Source: Gemmatimonadales bacterium (GTDB lineage: Bacteria > Gemmatimonadota > Gemmatimonadetes > Gemmatimonadales > GWC2-71-9). From it: DNA of 25,609 bases. The notes beneath the pieces were generated by a model. It saw only the letters and a list, made by a program, of their open reading frames with translations. It did not search any database and was not told where the DNA came from. The DNA lies in contig JACCSE010000231.1 of the NCBI GenBank assembly GCA_013813145.1, forward strand, positions 1 through 25,609, read 5' to 3'. Both the position numbers and the translations under genes were made by a program. How positions within the stretch are numbered: the stretch's first letter is position 1; each line of letters starts with the position of its first letter. Below are positions 1 to 9,049 of the stretch, piece after piece.

Positions 1-768
1 GTGCTGGTACGCGGCGCCGACGGTCCACCCCTTCGGCCCGCGCCGGATCCCGGTGACCGCCGAGTTGAGTCGCACCGCCGGCCCGAGCTGGCGGGCCATT
101 GCCTCGGGCAGCTCCACAAGACCGCCCGCGAAGGAGACCAACGAGGCCGCGTCCCCCCCCACCTCGTCCGACTTCCGGGCTCGCCCCCTCTGGATCATCG
201 CCTTGATCAGGGAGCCGTGAGTCTGCTCCAGGTCATAGAGATGGGGAAGCGCGTGGCGGACCGAGAGCTGCTCGGGGTCACCGGCGAAGATGCCGGCGAC
301 GAACGGGTTCGCGACGTAGTCGAGGATCTCCTGGTTGAAGCGGCGGCGCACGAAAGTGGCCACGCTCTCCTCGACCGGCCTGTCCCCCGTCTCCACCAGG
401 GGCTCTCCGAAGACCGCGAGCTTGGCGCCGTTGGAGAGCAGCCGGGTGGTGAGCAGCTCGGGTGGCGAAGTGGGCAGGGCGATCGGCCTGCCGCGGCGGA
501 CGATGTAGCGGTGCCGCGCCTCCGGGGAAGCCGTGACCAGGCTCGGCTCGAGACCGAGCTCGCCCAGAATGGCACGGACCGCTGGTGACGGAGACGCGAG
601 CGAGTTGGGGCCGAGCTCTGCCAGGTAGCCGTCCCGCTTCTCGGTCTGGATCGCGCCGCCGACCCGGCCGCCGCTCTCGTAGAGCACCACCCGCATCCCC
701 AGTCGCTTGAGCCGGCACGCCGCCGCGAGCCCGGCGACTCCGGCGCCGACGACGGCTACCGCTGCCAT
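1..768 (-). CDS. hemY: HemY-family protoporphyrinogen/coproporphyrinogen oxidase, 3' end beyond the left edge
   Basis: Absent from the ORF track (no stop in window). Manual translation from ATG at 768: [56 protein letters not shown] (GxGxxG FAD motif)...[12 protein letters not shown]...[14 protein letters not shown]...[13 protein letters not shown]. Overlaps the hemL stop by 13 nt. Confidence 0.9.
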   Translation of the reverse strand, partial: MAAVAVVGAGVAGLAAACRLKRLGMRVVLYESGGRVGGAIQTEKRDGYLAELGPNSLASPSPAVRAILGELGLEPSLVTASPEARHRYIVRRGRPIALPTSPPELLTTRLLSNGAKLAVFGEPLVETGDRPVEESVATFVRRRFNQEILDYVANPFVAGIFAGDPEQLSVRHALPHLYDLEQTHGSLIKAMIQRGRARKSDEVGGDAASLVSFAGGLVELPEAMARQLGPAVRLNSAVTGIRRGPKGWTVGAAYQH

Positions 769-2060
769 GCGGCCGCGAGCGCGGTCTCCAGGAGCTCGAG
801 CTCCGCGTCGCCGTGCACCGAAGAGGTGAACGCGGCCTCGAAGGCGGAAGGTGGCAGGTACACCCCGGCTTCCAGCATCTCGTGGAAGAACCCGTTGTAG
901 GCCGCTCGATCGGTGCGGCGGGCCCCGCTGTAGTCGCGCACCGGATCGGGGGAGAAGAACGGCGTCAGCATCGTGCCCACCCGCTGCACGGTGACCGGCA
1001 CCCCCGCTTCGGCCGCGCGGCGGGAGACCGCCTCGGCGGCCCTGCCGGCCCAGCGCTCCGCCCGGTCCCAGACGCCGTCCCGGTCCAGCACATCCAGCGT
1101 AGCGAGCCCCGCGGCCATGGCCAACGGATTCCCCGAGAGCGTTCCGGCCTGATAAACCGGACCCGCCGGTGCGATCTGCTCCATCAGGTCGCGACGGCCG
1201 CCGTAGGCCGCGGCCGGCAGCCCGCCGCCGACCACCTTTCCCAGGCAGGTCAGGTCAGGCTCGATGCCGTAGAGCACCTGGGCCCCCCGCGGGTGGACCC
1301 GCCAACCGGTCATGACCTCATCGAACACGAGCAGTGCACCGGAGCGCCGGGTCAGCGCCCTCAGCCCCGGAAGGAACCCGGCCACCGGCGGCACGACGCC
1401 CATGTTGCCGGCCACCGGCTCGACCAGCACGGCGGCGATCTCGTCCCCCCGCGCGGCGAACAGCGACTCGACCGCGGCGAGATCGTTGAACGGCAGGACG
1501 AGCGTGTCGGCGACGGTGGCGGGGGTGACTCCGGGCGAGTCGGGCAGGCCCAAGGTCGCGACACCGGAGCCGGCGGAGGCGAGCAGCGGGTCGGCGTGTC
1601 CGTGATAGCAGCCGTCGAATTTGACGATGGCCCGGCGGCCGGTCGCGGCGCGGGCCAGCCGCACCACGCTCATCGCCGCTTCGGTGCCCGAGCTCACGAA
1701 GCGGACCATCTCGATCGAGGGAAAGGTGTCCACCACCCGCTCGGCGAGGCGGACCTCCAGCTCGGTGGGGGCTCCGTAGGTGGTGCCCCGCCCCGCGGCA
1801 GTCACGATGGCGGCGAGCACCTCCGGGTGGGCATGACCCAGAATCAACGGCCCCCATGAGAGCACGAGGTCGAGGTAGCGATTGCCGTCGGCATCCACCA
1901 GGTAGGCCCCCTCACCCCGGCTGATGAAGCGCGGGGTGCCTCCGACGCCGCGAAAGGCCCGCACCGGGCTGTTGACCCCGCCGGGCAGCACCCGCTGCGC
2001 GGCGGCGAAGAGCCGCTCCGAGGCCGCGGTCGTGCGAACGCCGGCCCGCAGATCCGTCAC
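756..2060 (-). CDS. hemL: Glutamate-1-semialdehyde 2,1-aminomutase
   Basis: [45 protein letters not shown] (PLP lysine), [10 protein letters not shown]. Start set at GTG 2060, which overlaps the hemB stop (GTGA). Confidence 0.96.
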   Translation of the reverse strand: MTDLRAGVRTTAASERLFAAAQRVLPGGVNSPVRAFRGVGGTPRFISRGEGAYLVDADGNRYLDLVLSWGPLILGHAHPEVLAAIVTAAGRGTTYGAPTELEVRLAERVVDTFPSIEMVRFVSSGTEAAMSVVRLARAATGRRAIVKFDGCYHGHADPLLASAGSGVATLGLPDSPGVTPATVADTLVLPFNDLAAVESLFAARGDEIAAVLVEPVAGNMGVVPPVAGFLPGLRALTRRSGALLVFDEVMTGWRVHPRGAQVLYGIEPDLTCLGKVVGGGLPAAAYGGRRDLMEQIAPAGPVYQAGTLSGNPLAMAAGLATLDVLDRDGVWDRAERWAGRAAEAVSRRAAEAGVPVTVQRVGTMLTPFFSPDPVRDYSGARRTDRAAYNGFFHEMLEAGVYLPPSAFEAAFTSSVHGDAELELLETALAAAWQR

Positions 2061-3085
2061 CGCTCCGCCTCCTCCGCCAGCCACGCCGCGGCCTCTTTCG
2101 CGTGGTAGGTCACGATCGCGTCCGCGCCGGCCCGGCGCATTCCGGTCAGCGCCTCCAGCACCACCCGCCGCTCGTCGATCCATCCCAGCCGGGCCGCCGC
2201 CTTCACCATCGCGTACTCGCCGCTCACGTTGTAGGCCACCAGCGGGAGATCGGTCCGCTCCCGCACCGCGCGGACCACGTCGAGGTAGGCGAGCGCGGGC
2301 TTGACCATCAGGAGGTCGGCTCCTTCCGCCTCGTCCAGTGCCGCCTCGAGCAGTCCCTCGCGGACGTTGGCCGGATCCATCTGGTACTGGCGGCGGTCGC
2401 CGAAGGCGGGGGCGCTGTCCGCGGCCTCGCGGAAGGGACCGTAGAAGGCGCTCGCGTACTTGACGGCGTAGCTCAGAATCGAGCGGTCGCTGAAGCCCGC
2501 GGCATCCAGCGCGGCTCGGATCGCCGCCACCATCCCGTCCATCATTCCGCTCGGCGCGACGATGTCGGCCCCCGCCCGGGCGTGGCTCACCGCCACTCGA
2601 CCGAGAACGGCGAGGGTGGCGTCGTTGTCCACCGTCTCGCCGGCCAGCACGCCGCAGTGCCCGTGGCTGGTATACTCGCAGCAGCAGACGTCGGTGAAGA
2701 GCAGGAGGTCGGGAGACCGCTCGCGGAGCCGCCGGAGCGCCCGTTGCACGATGCCGTCGTCTGCATAACTCTCCGATCCCGCCTCGTCCTTGGAAGCGGG
2801 AATCCCGAACAGGATCACCCCGCCGAGGCCCAGAATGCGGACCCGCTCCACCTCGCGGTCGAGCGCTTCGTCCACCGAGAGATGGAACACGCCGGGCATC
2901 GAACCGATCTCCCGTTCGACCCCGGCGCCGTGGACCACGAAGAGCGGTTGGATCAGATGGCCGGCCGCGAGGGAATGTTCCCTGACGAGACGGCGCATGG
3001 CCTCGGTTCGGCGGCGGCGGCGGGGTCGTATCAGGGGGGAGGAGGGCACGGAGGGAAGACTAGAGAGCGACGCCGGCTGCCGCAA
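2057..3085 (-). CDS. hemB: Porphobilinogen synthase (ALA dehydratase), Zn-binding Cys type
   Basis: RPRR...MRRLVRE N-terminus, [59 protein letters not shown]. Exact start uncertain. Confidence 0.96.
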   Translation of the reverse strand: MRQPASLSSLPSVPSSPLIRPRRRRRTEAMRRLVREHSLAAGHLIQPLFVVHGAGVEREIGSMPGVFHLSVDEALDREVERVRILGLGGVILFGIPASKDEAGSESYADDGIVQRALRRLRERSPDLLLFTDVCCCEYTSHGHCGVLAGETVDNDATLAVLGRVAVSHARAGADIVAPSGMMDGMVAAIRAALDAAGFSDRSILSYAVKYASAFYGPFREAADSAPAFGDRRQYQMDPANVREGLLEAALDEAEGADLLMVKPALAYLDVVRAVRERTDLPLVAYNVSGEYAMVKAAARLGWIDERRVVLEALTGMRRAGADAIVTYHAKEAAAWLAEEAER

Positions 3086-3270
3086 CCACGAACGGGCGCG
3101 ACGGAACCCGGCATACTGGTTGCGGGTTCTTCAACGAAAGAGGCGCCGGTGTCACAGTTGGCAGCGGCTACCGGCTCGTAGTGGGTGGCCGGGGTCACGA
3201 GGCGCTGCGAACACGCATCACGGCTGTCGTGTCATTCTCCCACACATGTTATAGAACCGGCAGGCCGGCC

Positions 3271-4725
3271 ATGGTTTCGGAGTCTCGCTACATGAACGTC
3301 GGTTTCTCATCCTTTCTGACCGCCCTGCTCGCGACCATGGTGTCGGCGTGCGGCGGACCCGCGCTCCGCCTCCCGGAGCGCCCGCCCGTCAGCTCGGCGA
3401 CGGCCATCGTCGGCGCCAACCTGTGGGACGGGACCGGCCGCGCGCCGGTGGCGAACGCGGTCACCCTGGTGCGCGGCGATCGAATCCTCTGCGCCGGCTC
3501 CGCCGGCGAGTGCCCGGTGCCACAGGGGGCCCGGGTGATCGACGCGCGGGGGCGGTACCTGATTCCCGGTCTCATCGACAGCCACGTCCACCTGCTCTTC
3601 ATGGTCAACGGCAGCGCCGGCGAGGAGCTCACCCTCGACCTGCGCGACCTCCTGGCCCAGGGTGTCACCACGGTTCGCGACATGGGCAGCGACCCCGCGG
3701 CGCTGCTCTCGCGCGTGGGGGCTCAGCCGGCCGCTCCCCGGGTGTACACGATGCAGCTCGTGGCCGGGCGGCGGTTCTTCTTCAATGGGCTCCGGGGAGT
3801 GGAGACGGCGCGGGGAACGATTTACCGCCAGCCGCCGGCACTCACCATGCAGCGTCTCGGATGGCGCCCGATCCTGTTCACCGCCGACGAGGACCCCGAC
3901 CAGATCGTCGCCGACGCGCGCGACGCGGGGGCGATGGGGCTCAAGCTCTACGCCCACCTCGACAGCCTGGCCGTCACGCGGCTCACCGAGGCGGCCCACC
4001 GGGCCGGAATGCCGGTCTGGGGCCATGCCTGGGTTCAGCCCACCAGCGTGCTGGAGCAGGCGCGGGCGGGCCAGGATGGCGTGGTGCACGCCGCCGGGCT
4101 GGCGGGCGAGCTCTATTCGGTGGAGGAACGAAGCAAACTGGTCAACGACGGCGACCTGCAGACCGCCACGGCCAAGGTCGCCTCCGCCGGCTCGGCGCAT
4201 GACCCCCGGGTCGTCGCGGCGCTCGACTACATGGCCCGGAACGGAACCTTCCTCGAACCGACGCTCGACGCGGTACGGCACAGCGTGGCCTACTTCGATT
4301 CCAGGCTGCGCCGGGTGCCGTCGGAGCAGGAGGACTACGCCCGGGCCGCTTCCCAGTTCGGGATTGAGGTGGCGCGGGAAGCGATCCGCCGCGGTGTCCG
4401 CATCAGCGCCGGAAGCGACCACGTCGCCTTCGGGCCGGCGCGCGACCGGGCAACGCTCTTCGGCGAGCTGCAACTCCTGGTGGACTCGATTCCACTTTCG
4501 CCCACCGCCGCGCTCCTCGCGGCCACCCGAGATGCGGCGCTCGCGATCGGTGGGGAGCCGGCCCGGCAGGTCGGGACCATCCAGGCGGGCCGGTACGCGG
4601 ACCTCGTGCTGCTGGGCAAGAACCCGCTGGAGCGGATCGAGAATCTCGAGTCGGTGGAGTGGGTCATGCGCGGCGGGAGGCTCTGGCGGCCGGGGCAACT
4701 GCGGAGCGGGATTGCGATGAGGTAG
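3271..4725 (+). CDS. Amidohydrolase-superfamily metal-dependent hydrolase, probable lipoprotein
   Basis: PGLIDSHVH (HxH), GVTTVRDMG, GLKLY lysine, WGHA, VVHA, AGSDH, GTIQAGRYADLVLL. Hydrophobic N-terminus ending in lipobox-like VSAC-GG. Start 3271 or 3292. Confidence 0.82.
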   Translation: MVSESRYMNVGFSSFLTALLATMVSACGGPALRLPERPPVSSATAIVGANLWDGTGRAPVANAVTLVRGDRILCAGSAGECPVPQGARVIDARGRYLIPGLIDSHVHLLFMVNGSAGEELTLDLRDLLAQGVTTVRDMGSDPAALLSRVGAQPAAPRVYTMQLVAGRRFFFNGLRGVETARGTIYRQPPALTMQRLGWRPILFTADEDPDQIVADARDAGAMGLKLYAHLDSLAVTRLTEAAHRAGMPVWGHAWVQPTSVLEQARAGQDGVVHAAGLAGELYSVEERSKLVNDGDLQTATAKVASAGSAHDPRVVAALDYMARNGTFLEPTLDAVRHSVAYFDSRLRRVPSEQEDYARAASQFGIEVAREAIRRGVRISAGSDHVAFGPARDRATLFGELQLLVDSIPLSPTAALLAATRDAALAIGGEPARQVGTIQAGRYADLVLLGKNPLERIENLESVEWVMRGGRLWRPGQLRSGIAMR

Positions 4726-4740
4726 ATCGCCGGTGTGCCG

Positions 4741-5691
4741 TTACTGCCCCGCTGCCCCCCCGCCCCGCTGCCCCCCTGTTGCCACCGGCAACTCCGCCTT
4801 CGCCGCCCACTCGGTCCACGAACCGACATACACCTTCACCCGCGGATACCCCAGCAGGTACCGCAGCGTGAAGTGGACGTGGCTGGCCTCCGTGGCGCTG
4901 TTGCAGTAGGCGATGATCGCCTTGTCCGGAGTGATCCCCTGCGCCGCGTACTCCGCTCGGAGCTGTGCCGCCGGCTTCCACACGTGGCCGAAACCACCCA
5001 ACGTCAGGTCGCTCTGCCAGTAGTGGCTGATCGCGCCCGGAATGTGCCCCCGCCGCACCTGCGCCCCGGCCTCCCCGGCGTACTGATCCGGCGGCCGGGC
5101 GTCCACCAGCAACGCATCTCCGGTGCGCATGGCACGCTCCGCTTGCTCGAGCGAGGCCCGCTCCGGCTGGAAGCGTGCGGGCGGAAACTCGGTGGCTGCC
5201 ACCCGGGGATACCGCTGATCCACCGGACGGTGCTCCAGGAGCCATTTGAAGTAGCCCCCGTCCAGGACGTAGACCTGGGGATGACCGAAACCCGCCAGCA
5301 GCCAGGCGAGAAAGGTCGCGTCGATGTTGTGGGTCTCGCCCGCGCTGTAGATCACCACCGGGCGCTCAAAGGAAAACCCCAGGCGTCCGAACAGCTCGGC
5401 GTAGCTCGACTGGTCGAGCAGTTGCGTCGGCAGGCCGCCCTGGCTGGCGCGCAGGGTCTCGGTGTGCAGGAAGACGGCGCCCGGCAGGTGGTCCTTCAGA
5501 TACGTCGCAACGTCGGTACGGACGTCCACCAGGCTGACGGACCGCTCGCGCAGCCACGCCTCGAGGGTGTCGGTCGAAACGATGCCCGGAAGTGAGGTGG
5601 CCACGTCGGCGCGGGGGCCTTCTTCGGCACGGTGAGTGGCGCATCCGACGAGGAGCGCCGCGAGGAGCAGCGCCACCCATTTCCGTCTCAT
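4741..5691 (-). CDS. Tandem-domain rhodanese/sulfurtransferase, lipoprotein
   Basis: LVDVR...HLPGA, VYVLDGGYFKW, LVDARPPDQYAG...RGHIPGA, catalytic YCNSATEAS, YVGSWTEW. Signal MRRKWVALLLAALLVG-C. ATGA overlap with the upstream gene. Confidence 0.9.
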   Translation of the reverse strand: MRRKWVALLLAALLVGCATHRAEEGPRADVATSLPGIVSTDTLEAWLRERSVSLVDVRTDVATYLKDHLPGAVFLHTETLRASQGGLPTQLLDQSSYAELFGRLGFSFERPVVIYSAGETHNIDATFLAWLLAGFGHPQVYVLDGGYFKWLLEHRPVDQRYPRVAATEFPPARFQPERASLEQAERAMRTGDALLVDARPPDQYAGEAGAQVRRGHIPGAISHYWQSDLTLGGFGHVWKPAAQLRAEYAAQGITPDKAIIAYCNSATEASHVHFTLRYLLGYPRVKVYVGSWTEWAAKAELPVATGGQRGGGAAGQ

Positions 5692-6641
5692 GGCGAGGCG
5701 TCAAGCCCCATGAATCGCCTCTCCTCTTCCAGGTACACGCGAACCGCGTTGCGCCTCCGCCGCGAGTTGAGCGAGACCGGCCGGTCCCCATCGGCGGGAG
5801 GCAGCGAAGCGATGGCGCGCTGCATCGGAACTCCCCGCTCCACCGCGGAGCGCATGTCGCTCTGAAGCTGGGTCAGGTAGCGTCGGGTAGTGGCCACCAA
5901 CGTTGCCGGTTTCTCCGGAATGGCCCCGTGCCCTGGCACGACGACTCGAGGATTTTGTCCGTCCAGTGTCGCGAGCGCGTCCAGCAGCAGCCGTGAGTCT
6001 CCATCCACCACCATAGTGACTCCGTCCTCGACCAACAGGTCGCCCGCGAAGAGCACCCGCTCCTTCGGCAGCCACACGATCAGGTCTCCGGGAGAATGCG
6101 CGGCCCCCGGATGGGAGATGACCAGCGTGCGTCCGCCGAGTCGGAGTGTATCGGTTCCGGTGACCGGGCGGTCGGGAGCATTGGCGTACTGGAACCCCCG
6201 CATGGCCTCGGCGCCGACGACGCCGGTCCAATCCGCGGCCAGCGCGTCGTCGCCGCCCTCCGAGGCGAGCGTGCGCCGGTCGGGATGGGCGATCACCTTG
6301 GCGCCGGCCCGGCGCAGCGCGACCGCCCCGAAATGATGGTCCGGATGGTGGTGGGTGAGAACCAGCCAGCGGACCGGCTGCCGGGTCGCTGCTCGGATCG
6401 TCGCGAGCAGGCGCGCTCCCTGGGCTGGACTCGCCAGGGCGTCGATGACGACGACGCCCTCCGCCGTCACCAAGAAGCCGGCGTTGGGACGTCCCTCCGA
6501 GCCGCGCCCCGTGTCGCCCACGACCGCGAATACGCCGGGCGCCAGCTCGCGTGCCGGATATGGCGCGGCTCCCGCGGAGTCGGCCTCGGCGGGCGCCAGC
6601 GGCAACAGATGGAGGGCGAGGCGGAGAGCGGTGGGGATCAG
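5688..6641 (-). CDS. Metallo-beta-lactamase-fold hydrolase, SoxH-like, probably secreted
   Basis: THHHPDHHFG (HxHxDH), AHSPGD, LFAGDL, VVPGHG. The ORF track starts at TTG 6605; the frame is open to a CTG at 6641 overlapping the soxZ stop, which restores a signal-like peptide (start is inference). Confidence 0.8.
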   Translation of the reverse strand: MIPTALRLALHLLPLAPAEADSAGAAPYPARELAPGVFAVVGDTGRGSEGRPNAGFLVTAEGVVVIDALASPAQGARLLATIRAATRQPVRWLVLTHHHPDHHFGAVALRRAGAKVIAHPDRRTLASEGGDDALAADWTGVVGAEAMRGFQYANAPDRPVTGTDTLRLGGRTLVISHPGAAHSPGDLIVWLPKERVLFAGDLLVEDGVTMVVDGDSRLLLDALATLDGQNPRVVVPGHGAIPEKPATLVATTRRYLTQLQSDMRSAVERGVPMQRAIASLPPADGDRPVSLNSRRRRNAVRVYLEEERRFMGLDASP

Positions 6642-6973
6642 GCCGAGACGAACGCGATGTTGGCGGACTGCTCGAACACATCGCCCTTGTTATCGGTCCA
6701 GACCATGGACAGTGGCGCTTCGCTGTCGGCCCGCAGAGTGAAACTGATCACCGGATCGCGGCTCACGCCGGAAGTCCACTCGAACCGGGCCACTTCCTGG
6801 TCGCCGTACCTCACCACGACATTCTTGATGAAATACGCCGGGATCGGCTGACCCTCCGCGGTGCGGAAGAAGCCGGTGTCCATCGGGTGCGAGATGATGG
6901 CGTTTACCACGATCAGCTCGCCCCGGATGATGCGCTCCGGGACCCGGATGCGGGCTTCGCCGAGGGCGCTCAT
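6638..6973 (-). CDS. soxZ: SoxZ sulfur-carrier partner subunit
   Basis: IISHPMDTGF, IPAYFIKNV, WTSGVSRDPVISF, MVWTDNKGD match the SoxZ pattern. ATG at 6973 overlaps the soxY stop (TGATG). Confidence 0.9.
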   Translation of the reverse strand: MSALGEARIRVPERIIRGELIVVNAIISHPMDTGFFRTAEGQPIPAYFIKNVVVRYGDQEVARFEWTSGVSRDPVISFTLRADSEAPLSMVWTDNKGDVFEQSANIAFVSA

Positions 6974-7485
6974 CAGCCACATCCGTTCAGCAGGACCTGC
7001 ACCCGGGCATAGTCGGCCCAGACCTCGCCGGTGTTGGTCTCCGCGATCGCCCGAACCCAGGTGGAGCGCTTCATCTTGATGCGAGTGGAGAGCGAGACGG
7101 TGCCGACGGCAGGCGTCAGGTGGAAAGCGGCCAGGTGCGCATCGGGGTTGAAGTCCACGATGAGATGCACTGCCTTGACGTGTCGCTCGGGAGTCATCGG
7201 GAGGTCGCTCTCGATGATGACCGGAACCACCCGGCCGTCTTCCGCCGCGGCAGGCATGTCGAGCTGAATGTGTCCTCGGCGGATGGGGCGATCGCCGAAC
7301 AACCCCCTCAGGATCCGGGCGACCTCCTCGTTCGGCACCTCGGGATCGCCGGGATCACCCGCCAGCGTGGTGGCCGCGAGCAGACGCTCCCCCGGAAAAA
7401 GCACGCCGGAGCCGAGCAATCCGGCGGTGGCGAGCGCGGACGCCCGAAGAAAGTGGCGGCGGGAAGTATTGTCGGCAGGCGACAT
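6973..7485 (-). CDS. soxY: SoxY sulfur-carrier protein with Tat signal and variant C-terminal arm
   Basis: SRRHFL Tat motif, IQLDMPAAAEDGRVVPV, VDFNP, STRIKM, C-terminal VQVLLNGCG. AGGAG RBS upstream of ATG 7485. Confidence 0.88.
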   Translation of the reverse strand: MSPADNTSRRHFLRASALATAGLLGSGVLFPGERLLAATTLAGDPGDPEVPNEEVARILRGLFGDRPIRRGHIQLDMPAAAEDGRVVPVIIESDLPMTPERHVKAVHLIVDFNPDAHLAAFHLTPAVGTVSLSTRIKMKRSTWVRAIAETNTGEVWADYARVQVLLNGCG

Positions 7486-7752
7486 CACAGGCTCCTGGTT
7501 ACGCCCACTTAACCCTCGGGAAACCTCGGTGGTTCCCCGGATCAAGTCAAGCGAATCGCGCTGACGATCGGCAACGCCCGGAGTGCCCAAAGGAGGACAT
7601 CAAAGAGCTGTCAGGGATCCGGAGAGCGAACCCGCATCGGAGCGTCAACCTTTTCCTGGCAACCATTTTCATGGTGATCTCACCCGGCGGCTCGGCCCTT
7701 GCAAAGCCCGGCCGGCTTCCCGGTGGCGGGGCCTGGGCGAGCTCGCTGCAAC

Positions 7753-7781
7753 TTGTGTCACCTGGCCCTGATCACTACTTT
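7753..7781 (+). promoter_or_regulatory. Candidate sigma70 promoter for the spt operon
   Basis: TTGTGT-17 nt-TACTTT about 60 nt upstream of the GTG at 7844; sequence match only. Confidence 0.35.
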
Positions 7782-7843
7782 AAGCCATTCAGACATATAG
7801 CGATGTGGGGACCTTCCTCACCTCCTCTCCGCTCCGAGGGCCC

Positions 7844-9049
7844 GTGAACACACAAGAGCTTCAGACTGTCGCCCTCTTCGACAAGTGCCGCCAGTTCACC
7901 AAGGCCCGTGAGCTCCAGGCGGTCGGCCTCTATCCTTACTTCAATCCGATCTCGGAATCCGAGGACACGGTGGTCGTCATCGACGGCCAGAAGCGGATCA
8001 TGCTGGGGTCGAACAACTATCTCGGCCTTACCCACCATCCGAGGGTCCTGGAGACCGCCACCCGCGCCCTGACGCGGTACGGGTCGGGCTGCACCGGCAG
8101 CCGGTTCCTCAACGGCACGCTCGACCTGCACGAGCGGCTGGAGAGCGCCCTCGCCGAGTTCCTGGGCAAGGAATCCTGCCTGGTCTTCTCGACCGGGTAC
8201 TCGGCCAATCTGGGTCTCATCTCGGGGCTGGTGGGCCGGGGCGAGGTCGTCTACCTCGACAAGCTGGACCACGCCTCGATCGTGGACGGCGCCAAGCTCT
8301 CCTACGCCGATACCGAGCGATTCAACCACGGTGACATGGGGAATCTGGAGCGCCGGATGGAGCGGAACGGTACCGGTCGCGGCGCGATGATCGTGGTGGA
8401 CGGGGTGTACTCGATGGAGGGGAACATCGCCGACGTCCCCGGGCTGGTCCGGGTGGCCCGCAAGTACGGCGCCGCCCTGGCCCTGGACGACGCCCACGCG
8501 CTCGGCGTGCTCGGCCCCAACGGGGACGGGACGGCCGCGCACTTCGGGGCGATCGAGGATGTGGACATCATCGCCGGCACCTTCTCCAAGTCGCTCGCTT
8601 CGATCGGCGGGTTCGTCGCCGCTTCGGAGAGCGTCATCCACTACCTCAAGCACCACAGCCGGCCGCTGATCTTCACCGCGTCGCTGCCGCCCGCCAACAC
8701 CGCCGGGGTGCTCGCCGCACTCCAGGTGCTCCAGGACGAGCCCGAACGGCGCGAGCGGCTCTGGTCCAACACCCGCCACCTCCAGGCGGGCTTCCGGAGC
8801 CTCGGCTTCGAGATCGGCCCCACCCAGACGCCGATCGTGCCGGTGCTGGTCGGACCGCTGGAGAAGACCTTCGTCATGTGGCGCCGGCTGTTCGACGCCG
8901 GCGTGTTCACCAACCCGGTCGTGTCTCCGGCGGTGCCGCCGACGCAGTGCCGGTTGCGCACCAGCCTCATGGCGACGCACACCTTCGATCAGATTGATTT
9001 CGCCCTGGAGCAGTTCGCCCGTATCGGCCGGGACCTGGGGGTCATCTGA
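7844..9049 (+). CDS. spt: Serine palmitoyltransferase-like alpha-oxoamine synthase (PLP)
   Basis: MLGSNNYLGLT, GSGCTGSRFLNGTLDLH, FSTGYSANLG, DHASIVDG, DGVYSMEG, DDAH, GTFSKSLASIGG, IFTASLPP. The GSRFLNGT segment resembles bacterial SPTs more than BioF or Kbl. GTG start with GAGGG RBS. Confidence 0.78.
   Translation: MNTQELQTVALFDKCRQFTKARELQAVGLYPYFNPISESEDTVVVIDGQKRIMLGSNNYLGLTHHPRVLETATRALTRYGSGCTGSRFLNGTLDLHERLESALAEFLGKESCLVFSTGYSANLGLISGLVGRGEVVYLDKLDHASIVDGAKLSYADTERFNHGDMGNLERRMERNGTGRGAMIVVDGVYSMEGNIADVPGLVRVARKYGAALALDDAHALGVLGPNGDGTAAHFGAIEDVDIIAGTFSKSLASIGGFVAASESVIHYLKHHSRPLIFTASLPPANTAGVLAALQVLQDEPERRERLWSNTRHLQAGFRSLGFEIGPTQTPIVPVLVGPLEKTFVMWRRLFDAGVFTNPVVSPAVPPTQCRLRTSLMATHTFDQIDFALEQFARIGRDLGVI

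Noticed and set aside
2640-2700. Extra cysteine in the HemB metal motif (DVCCCEY versus DVCLCEY)
   Set aside because: A single substitution at a variable position; the three Zn ligands are intact.
4741-7485. Evidence for complete lithotrophic thiosulfate oxidation
   Set aside because: soxAX, soxB and soxCD are absent from the window; soxYZ alone does not support that claim.
7486-7843. Riboswitch, ncRNA or sigma54 promoter in the 358-nt soxY-spt spacer
   Set aside because: Only a small imperfect hairpin near 7517-7538; a GG...GC candidate has the wrong spacing for sigma54; no RNA family recognised. An Infernal/Rfam scan would settle it.
7844-9049. Annotation as bioF (AONS) or kbl
   Set aside because: No bio or tdh neighbours; the GSRFLNGT/GTFSKS motifs and the GNAT plus reductase context fit SPT better. 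Not formally excluded without a tree.
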